Shown one piece after another: positions 57,707-64,000 of a DNA stretch of 64,000 bases (within the stretch, counting starts at the first letter, position 1; each line of letters opens with the position of its first letter). Position numbers and translations under genes: made by a program. The notes beneath the pieces are model-generated. The model was not told where the DNA came from. It was given only the letters and a program-made list of their open reading frames with translations, and did no database searches. This DNA is from an uncultured virus (IMG/VR IMGVR_UViG_3300029889_000001) (lineage: Duplodnaviria; Heunggongvirae; Uroviricota; Caudoviricetes). The stretch lies in the IMG/VR virus record IMGVR_UViG_3300029889_000001, positions 1 to 64,000 of that record; one strand, given 5' to 3'.

Positions 57707-58824
57707 GCCGTTACCTCCATATTGATTGTCCTGTGCGCCGCTGTCGGGCCTCTCCCTTGCATAACAACAGGAGCGAGTTCACTGACCCGATCAATAAACA
57801 CTCGTTCCTGCCATCCTAAGCGGGGTAGGTAGTCGAGATGACTCAAAGCCAATACATCCACCCCGCCAACAATGCTTAGTGCTTGTTTAGCCAAAGTGAA
57901 GTCAAAGCGTCCTACGCGGAACTTACCTTGGAATCCGTCGTTTCCATTGTGCGGCTCAGGAAGATCAAGAGTGTTATCTTCGGTCGGAAATGGTCCTACT
58001 CCGTGACGAGTGTAGTACGTTCTCAGGCATCCAATCCTCATTCTGTCCGTACAACCGATCTCGTCAAGCAGCGTATCGGCGTTCTCAAAGGTAGTGTTCG
58101 TCCATGTGTTGTGCGGAGCAGTACCGTGCTTTTCGTCCAGCATTACTCCCTGCGCTCCCTCGAAAACCATGCACCTCGATTCGCCAATGATTGAACTGTC
58201 CTCCGGTACTAAACGAACAAATGCCTTCCAGCGATCATACCCAACCTTTATATCTTCAATATTTAGATCAGAGGTAGCCTCTACTCCCATTTCTTTTTGA
58301 ACAAGGTTTTTCTGAAATTTCAATTTCTCTCGCAGGTCCACCCAATCGTAAATATCCTCCGCGCAGAGCACATTATCGCGCCCGTATTTCAATTCAAACT
58401 CTCGCGCCACCCCAACTCCCATCCCACAACTTCCATGCCGTCCCGTACCACGCGCCGTCTCTCTAAGCCGGTTGAGACGCTTGTGAAAAGGTGTAATAAC
58501 AACACATCTGGCGGATATGGTCAATCTTCTCCACCAGCCAGGAGTTTTCTTGGCTAACTCATCCGCCTCGTTCAACATGGTAATTGGATCGATAAGCATA
58601 AAACGTGATAAATGCGTCCTAACTTGATCGTTCGCCATCATTCCAGAGCCGAACTGGGAAAAGGTATGATGTACGCCTTCGGGGGTAATCACGTTATGAG
58701 CGCATTGCGATCCACCCCCATGCCGCACGATTAAGTCCACTGGAAGGCTACGGCAGAGTGCATCCACCGTAGCCCCTTTGGACTCGTCGCCGAAACCTAA
58801 CCCGGCTACAGAGATTGCTCTCAC
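57703..58824 (-). CDS. Divergent adenylosuccinate-synthetase (PurA)-like ligase
   Basis: GFGDESKG, R.GGG.Q.AH, FEGAQG..LD, TR.G.GPFPTE, LSHLD, GP; IMP and Asp loops non-canonical. Confidence 0.85.
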   Translation of the reverse strand: MRAISVAGLGFGDESKGATVDALCRSLPVDLIVRHGGGSQCAHNVITPEGVHHTFSQFGSGMMANDQVRTHLSRFMLIDPITMLNEADELAKKTPGWWRRLTISARCVVITPFHKRLNRLRETARGTGRHGSCGMGVGVAREFELKYGRDNVLCAEDIYDWVDLREKLKFQKNLVQKEMGVEATSDLNIEDIKVGYDRWKAFVRLVPEDSSIIGESRCMVFEGAQGVMLDEKHGTAPHNTWTNTTFENADTLLDEIGCTDRMRIGCLRTYYTRHGVGPFPTEDNTLDLPEPHNGNDGFQGKFRVGRFDFTLAKQALSIVGGVDVLALSHLDYLPRLGWQERVFIDRVSELAPVVMQGRGPTAAHRTINMEVTA

Positions 58825-59765
58825 AGCCTTGCCGCCTTCCCCGCTCCAGACGTAGCCAGTGAGTCAGTGGTAACATGCTTCATTGACTTGACTAGAGCCT
58901 TGGCTTCGCTATCTCCTACGCCGATAGCCACAAGGTCAGTGACCACCGACGCCGGAGTTGCCTTGGACTCATACAGGCCAATAGTCGAAGCAATCAACTC
59001 GCAAAGCAGATTTGGATGCTGGCTGGTTAGCACAGATTCCTCGCCAAACAGTCTGACGTACTGCTCACGAGCATGACGGTATCCACCATCCGGCCAGATC
59101 ACGAAGATATTGAAGTTCCTGCGGGCCTCTTCGATGATCTCCGCGATAGGAATATCTTTTTCGATGGTATCGCCGAAGATCGCCTTCACTTCCTTCGCTT
59201 GAACATGGGTGAAGATTGGCTCATCGGCATACAGGAACATATAGCCCTTTTTCCCACGTTTCTCGACAGAATCAAGCACCATCTTCCGCGCTGCCGCGTA
59301 GAGCAGCAGATCGTAAGACTCACCATCATTGCCGCCTCCAAGACAGACCAGATAGATGTTGCGAATGTGATCGTCTACGCGGTTGTCACTCTCGAAGTCT
59401 GAAAGCTGAACACAGTTGGACCCCGCATAGTTGTAGTCATCATTCGCCGCAACCGCAACTTGCGGATCAGTCAGGTACTTGTTGAGCAGTTCCATCAGGT
59501 TAGGCAAACGCTTCTGCGCGTCCACTGCTCGCTCATAGTTCGAGCCTGTCACGTCAAAGCAAACTAGTACAGGGTTGGATTGTGGATGCTCTGTCGAGTC
59601 ACGCGCTTCGAGTTTTCCGAAAGGCTTGCTATTGATCCTCAGCGGGTCAAGGTTCGTGTGAACTGACGTTGCTGTTTTGGTATAGGCAAAATCGGCTACG
59701 CCGGTTGCCTTACGAGTGGTTGCTGACGAATGATATGCACCGCTATCCCAGGCTCCCCCGCCCAT
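58821..59765 (-). CDS. VWA-like protein with MGGG.W N-terminus
   Basis: FDVTGS MIDAS variant, FESD, GGGN..ESY, F..ADE. Confidence 0.8.
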   Translation of the reverse strand: MGGGAWDSGAYHSSATTRKATGVADFAYTKTATSVHTNLDPLRINSKPFGKLEARDSTEHPQSNPVLVCFDVTGSNYERAVDAQKRLPNLMELLNKYLTDPQVAVAANDDYNYAGSNCVQLSDFESDNRVDDHIRNIYLVCLGGGNDGESYDLLLYAAARKMVLDSVEKRGKKGYMFLYADEPIFTHVQAKEVKAIFGDTIEKDIPIAEIIEEARRNFNIFVIWPDGGYRHAREQYVRLFGEESVLTSQHPNLLCELIASTIGLYESKATPASVVTDLVAIGVGDSEAKALVKSMKHVTTDSLATSGAGKAARL

Positions 59766-59782
59766 CGTTTGTCTCCTTTTCT

Positions 59783-60832
59783 TTACGGCAAGTTAAATTC
59801 AACCCACTTAGGGGAGCCGTACCCCTTAGCAGCAGCTTGCTTCCAATCCTCAAGAACATCACCGGCTTTCTGGTAACGCTTATCTGGATTTTCATCAAGA
59901 CACTTCGATAGAACTTTTCCTAACTCCGGCAGCCACAAGGTTCCGCACAGATATGTCATTAACCGCGCTGCCATGTAGATGTCGGATGGTGGCCCAATGT
60001 ACTTCTTTGAAAGCAATTCTGGAGCATAGTGATCTTGCCACGCAGGAACCCACGAAGAAAGTCTCGTCCTCTGGGTATAGTCAACACTATAGCACCAATC
60101 CACGAGCCTGATCGAATGTTTTCTTGAGTCTTTTGTTATCGTGTTTCCGTCATTGTCTGGATAAAATAAAACGTGAGGCGGAAGGATGGCTCCATGAATG
60201 ATCTTGAAATGATGAACCCAGGTAAGAAGAGTTAGGATTCTCTTAAACATCCACACTCCAGTCTTCTTCTCTACTGTGTTGTCTCCAAACTTTGCATGAA
60301 CTTCCTGAGCCGTCACGAACCCAGGGAAGCGAGTAATAACATTCGCCTCTCGCTTCCACAGTCCCTCTACCCAAAAGTTGCCTACCAACTCAGGAACACC
60401 GTCTCGGACAGGACCATCAATCTTTGCCAGAATCTTGAGCGCATTGACTTCTGCGCGTAGAAGATCATTGTCGTCGTGAGAGCGAGCAACCTTTACCAGA
60501 ATCTTTCCGCCTTCAACCGTGTAAAGGTCTGCTATGTCTCCTATATGCGGATGAGGCTTGGCTTTGTACTTGCCGATCTCCAGAGGGACACAGTGAGGTA
60601 AAGGTACTCTCTTGCCCCATATTCCTTTCCTCACTCTCTCATCGGCTATTTGCTTGAGTTCGTTGAGTTTTTGAAAAGCCTTCTTTGCGATAGGCTCCGT
60701 AGGATTGTGATCTGGATGGCAAGCACGAGCAAGTTTACGAAAGACTATTGCTGGATCGTCGCCAGAACCAAACACATCCTCTGGGCAGCAGGCTCCGTCT
60801 AGCTTGTCGTAGATGAGTTGTAGTTCGCTCAC
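59783..60832 (-). CDS. J-domain (HPD) fused to a Ser/Thr-kinase-like (pseudokinase) domain
   Basis: FRKLARACHPD.N....AF..L; LVKVAR, helix C Glu, IHGAILPPHV, LVDWCY, YAPE, SDIYM. Confidence 0.8.
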   Translation of the reverse strand: MSELQLIYDKLDGACCPEDVFGSGDDPAIVFRKLARACHPDHNPTEPIAKKAFQKLNELKQIADERVRKGIWGKRVPLPHCVPLEIGKYKAKPHPHIGDIADLYTVEGGKILVKVARSHDDNDLLRAEVNALKILAKIDGPVRDGVPELVGNFWVEGLWKREANVITRFPGFVTAQEVHAKFGDNTVEKKTGVWMFKRILTLLTWVHHFKIIHGAILPPHVLFYPDNDGNTITKDSRKHSIRLVDWCYSVDYTQRTRLSSWVPAWQDHYAPELLSKKYIGPPSDIYMAARLMTYLCGTLWLPELGKVLSKCLDENPDKRYQKAGDVLEDWKQAAAKGYGSPKWVEFNLP

Positions 60833-61131
60833 TCAGAAGTCTCCGTTCCCTCTACCTTCGGTTCCTCAATCAAAGGCTCAATCATGTCGAGTCCTACCAG
60901 AATAGCCTTGAGCGTGGCACGAAGACTCTCAACCTCACTCTTACGTTGGTTATTGCGGTGAATCTGATCGAAGGCTTTGACGATATTGAAGGTCGTTCCG
61001 GTTTGAATCTTACGGTCGCTTGAGTAGTACCCTTGCTGTGAACCTACTGTTCGACCTGCTAGGTAGTCAATCTCTCGAAAAGTCGCCTCAACGAGAAAAT
61101 TCCCGTCTCCTATAGTTCCGATGATTTTCAT
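60829..61131 (-). CDS. Hypothetical protein
   Basis: GGGAGAGGG RBS; GTGA-coupled to the J-kinase gene. Confidence 0.55.
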   Translation of the reverse strand: MKIIGTIGDGNFLVEATFREIDYLAGRTVGSQQGYYSSDRKIQTGTTFNIVKAFDQIHRNNQRKSEVESLRATLKAILVGLDMIEPLIEEPKVEGTETSE

Positions 61132-61254
61132 TGTCCCTCTCCCAATGTGTTGATGCGCGGCGCTCGGATGCTGAGACTTCGCCCGGACGCGACCCGATGT
61201 GCCTTAGAGGGACACGCCGCGCACTCTCGACAACTCCCCTAGCTGCCGAAAGGT

Positions 61255-62436
61255 CTAAAATTCCAAGTTCAACGTCTTCGGTCGCCCTGGTTCCGCTTGC
61301 TGTGCCGGTTTCTCGTCCTGCGCGGGCTTGGTTTCTTGTGTTTCCTGTTGCGGCTCAGGCTTCTCCTCTGGCGCTGAGTCGATCTTCTTTGGCCGTCCAC
61401 GACCGCGCTTCACTTCCGTTTCCTGCGGCGTCTCGGTCTTTGCTTGCTCAGTCTTGACCTCTGCTTGCGATGCTTGCTGTGTTGCTTGCTCCGCTGGCTT
61501 CTCAGTTGCCTTCGTTTCCGTCTTGGCTACTGTCTGTCCTGTCGGCGCTAGGCGTCCACGTAGGTACTCAAGCAACTCCTTCGCCCGTCCCATGTATGAG
61601 TTCTTGAGAAGACGCTTCTCTGTCTCGTTCTTGCCGAGTTGAGTAAACAGAGATTCAATCTCCTTGTCAAATGGAGAACCGAATACCTCTTCAATCGTCC
61701 TGACGCCCTTCTTAATCTCCTCACAGAGAGCTTTCAGGGTGACAAGGTGGTCGATCTCCAGTTCCTTTGGCGAAGTGACTCCTACCGCGTTCATGATCTG
61801 CCACTCGCTCACGCCCAGCTTCGTCAGGTACTCCATAGCCGCGTCGATGCGCTGTGAATGGCTTACAGCTTGTCCTACGGCGGTCAGCTTCGCTTGTTGG
61901 TAGGCTGGGTCCCAAAGAGCCATCGGAACGCCGCCTTTGAGAACTGCATCGCGGTAAGCAATGCTCAACGCAGCCTTTCCGGTCGTTAGGATCATATCGG
62001 CATTGAACTTCCGGCCTTCTTTGTCTGTGATCCGGCGAGGAACCTCTTTGGCGTTCTTGTTATTAAACTCGTAGTCAAGAAACACGCCTTGCGCGGTAAT
62101 AGTGTCGTCTGTGCTTCCAAAAATCCTTGTTGCTGTGGACGTGTTTCTCCATGTTGGAGCCACAATCTCAGCAAAGCGAACTCCTGGTCCGACAATCTGC
62201 TTTCCTGCGCGGGGAAGCGTATAAAACATGCTCAGTGCAACAGGCTGAGAATGGGTTGCGTAGGACATGAGTTGCTTTTGAAAAGTGGTAATGTTTCTCC
62301 TGTTCGCTGGAAGGTTTGCTGTGGCAACCATGGCCGCATATTCCGACTGTGTGATAATCGCTAATGTCGAAGGAGATGAGTCAATAATCTCCAAATTTGA
62401 TTCATTCTCTGGTGGAAGGTATTCCTCGTTCGCCAT
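61255..62436 (-). CDS. Putative single-strand annealing / recombination protein
   Basis: Y.LPR.GK.I.GP..R.AE motif; disordered tail with KRGRGRPKK ending LEF; function inferred from context. Confidence 0.5.
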   Translation of the reverse strand: MANEEYLPPENESNLEIIDSSPSTLAIITQSEYAAMVATANLPANRRNITTFQKQLMSYATHSQPVALSMFYTLPRAGKQIVGPGVRFAEIVAPTWRNTSTATRIFGSTDDTITAQGVFLDYEFNNKNAKEVPRRITDKEGRKFNADMILTTGKAALSIAYRDAVLKGGVPMALWDPAYQQAKLTAVGQAVSHSQRIDAAMEYLTKLGVSEWQIMNAVGVTSPKELEIDHLVTLKALCEEIKKGVRTIEEVFGSPFDKEIESLFTQLGKNETEKRLLKNSYMGRAKELLEYLRGRLAPTGQTVAKTETKATEKPAEQATQQASQAEVKTEQAKTETPQETEVKRGRGRPKKIDSAPEEKPEPQQETQETKPAQDEKPAQQAEPGRPKTLNLEF

Positions 62437-62481
62437 GCTGCTCCTTTTCCGGTTCTCCCGGTGTGGTTTCAAAATGTTCCA

Positions 62482-63712
62482 CTACTCCTGCTCTAATTGC
62501 CTTAATTTCTCACTTGCGGCCCATCCTCTTGGATTGCCGGGTTTGTCTTCCCGAATAGTCGATGGACCGCCTAAAGGCATATCAATAATCGCCGTTCTCG
62601 TACACCGCTTTCTCCCAAAATATAGGTAAACGGCTACGCTTGCGTCATCATCCATCCCCATAGGCCCAAAGATTTTGAAATCCCAAGGTGCTCTGTCAAA
62701 CTGCTTCATCAGATTGGGATGTTGGAACCTCAAGTGATCTAATAGTGTCATTCTCTTTCTCTCCCGTCGTTTCCTGTTCCTTGGCTGCTGGTACGGTCCC
62801 TTCCCTAGTCAGCGGCGGCTTTAATTCCAAAGTCGATTCCCGATTTGCCACGGTTGTGTCAGGCGTCATCAGGTTGCTCACCGTCTGCATCATGTGTCCT
62901 ATCCCGCATAAATGCTTTCCCTCTTTCATTGCCTTTTGAGGACACTCATCCCAGTGGTACACATGAACGCCAGAGGATTCAGGAAGGACTACATACCAAT
63001 TATTTACCTCTCGGCGCTGGGCTGTGCAACCGGGGAAATCACACGTAGGTGCTGATCCTAATCCCATGCAGTTATTTTACCTCTCCTCGCGCTTTAGCCA
63101 ACGCTTTTATTGCCATGGCTACGCCGCAAGGATTTCCAAGGTTATGCGCTTGACAGTTTCCATGGTGATCGTACTGGCATGGTTCGTCGTCAATTAACTG
63201 CTCAAGAGCAACGTACATATCCGGTCCTGCGGCGATAAGGTGAGCGTTGGCTTCATCGTTGCCTTGAGATGTGATAGCGATAAAATGGAACCTCTCGCCA
63301 GCGACAGATATTTCCCATTGGCAACCGTTGTGATCTTTTGCCACCCACGGCCCTTGTGTGAACTTAGGTTCGCTCATGCCGTCACCGCCTCCCAAAATCC
63401 CTCACCGTAGACCACAGCGCCGTTCACTGAATGGAATACCAGCATATCCCCGCCGTCGCAGACTTTCACTTCGAGTCCTTTGGCTATATAAGCATCAGAA
63501 CGCCGTTTAGCTTCGGACAGTGTGATTTCCTCGTCAGGATATTTCATCGGTCCTTTGCGAAACCACATGCCTCCGCTGTGATAACCGTCACGTTGGTAAC
63601 AGTAGATTTTCCACGGTCCTTCACCGATCTCCGCGTACTGGAGTTCGGTAAGCGTGTGAACTTCCGCTAATCCTGCCGCCTCTTGGCTCTTTGCCCACTC
63701 TCCGAAATTCAT
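62482..63712 (-). other. Small hypothetical ORFs (62482-62751, 62696-63067, 63072-63377, 63374-63712)
   Basis: Coupled ORFs; 63072-63377 has the common phage T.GPW...ANA.LIAA.P...AL..ARG pattern. Confidence 0.55.
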
Positions 63713-63726
63713 GCCGTCAACCTCCG

Positions 63727-63999
63727 TCACCACGAAATCGTGAATACCTGTTTGCCTTTGTTTGCTTCCAAGAACGGGAGTACGTCTTTTTCCGCTGCTA
63801 CGCCGTAATGCTCATGCTCCTTTGCTGCTGCATAAATCGCACGAACCTTGTCCAGAAAATCATCGTCGATGACTGGCAAATCCTCACCGATTAGTTCGTT
63901 GATTTTCCCTACTACGTCAGGAATAAATGATTCATTGTCTCCTGTTAGTTTTGCCTTGAGCCAGCTAACCTCTCCTACCCAAACGTTAGGAGTATCAGT
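63727..63999 (-). CDS. Hypothetical protein, partial (starts beyond the window)
   Basis: Open frame ...TPNVWVGEVSWLKA...KGKQVFTISW*. Confidence 0.55.
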   Translation of the reverse strand, partial: TDTPNVWVGEVSWLKAKLTGDNESFIPDVVGKINELIGEDLPVIDDDFLDKVRAIYAAAKEHEHYGVAAEKDVLPFLEANKGKQVFTISW

Positions 64000-64000
64000 G

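Noticed and set aside
57703..58824. PurZ / 2-aminoadenine (Z-genome) pathway
   Set aside because: The P-loop retains Asp (GDESKG) rather than the PurZ Ser, and no dATPase, MazZ or DNA polymerase is visible nearby.
61154..61223. tRNA gene
   Set aside because: tRNA-sized and multi-stemmed, but lacks the T-loop GTTC, D-loop GG and a proper anticodon arm. No convincing tRNA was seen anywhere in the window.
63374..63719. TCATGCCGTCA repeat (similar at 57703 and, on the plus strand, near 38380, 42752, 45215)
   Set aside because: Explained by the common SD + ATGA stop/start coupling junction of phage operons.

Overview
This window is part of a tailed dsDNA phage or prophage genome, truncated at both edges, with three transcriptional blocks. 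(1) 1-31.9 kb, minus strand: a virion module (partial signal-peptide-bearing tailspike/adhesin, adaptor, decoration protein, major capsid, scaffold, portal, large terminase). It contains four unannotated protamine-like micro-ORFs and is preceded by about 45 small accessory ORFs, including a DGQHR/ParB-like protein and an N4/N6 methyltransferase. (2) After a ~1.3 kb non-coding divergent control region: 33.2-50.1 kb, plus strand, an early-type block (MoxR-like AAA, DUF3150-like protein, metallopeptidase-VWA, ParB, adenine methyltransferase, many small ORFs, a pseudogene, a serine recombinase). Its gene junctions carry a strand-specific TTGATAGG..AC(C)AAA motif and three near-identical extended promoter boxes. 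(3) 50.2-64 kb, minus strand: a recombination/nucleic-acid block (ASCH, RusA, cold-shock protein, Fic, Rad50/SbcC-like ATPase, PD-(D/E)XK nuclease, putative annealing protein). Inside it sits a three-gene cassette: J-domain/pseudokinase, VWA, and an adenylosuccinate-synthetase-like ligase. The ligase keeps the GTP/catalytic core but has replaced IMP- and aspartate-binding loops, and is not PurZ. This cassette is the best candidate for a poorly understood system. An Acidobacteriota-like host is only a weak inference. All calls come from reading motifs by eye; no database searches were run.
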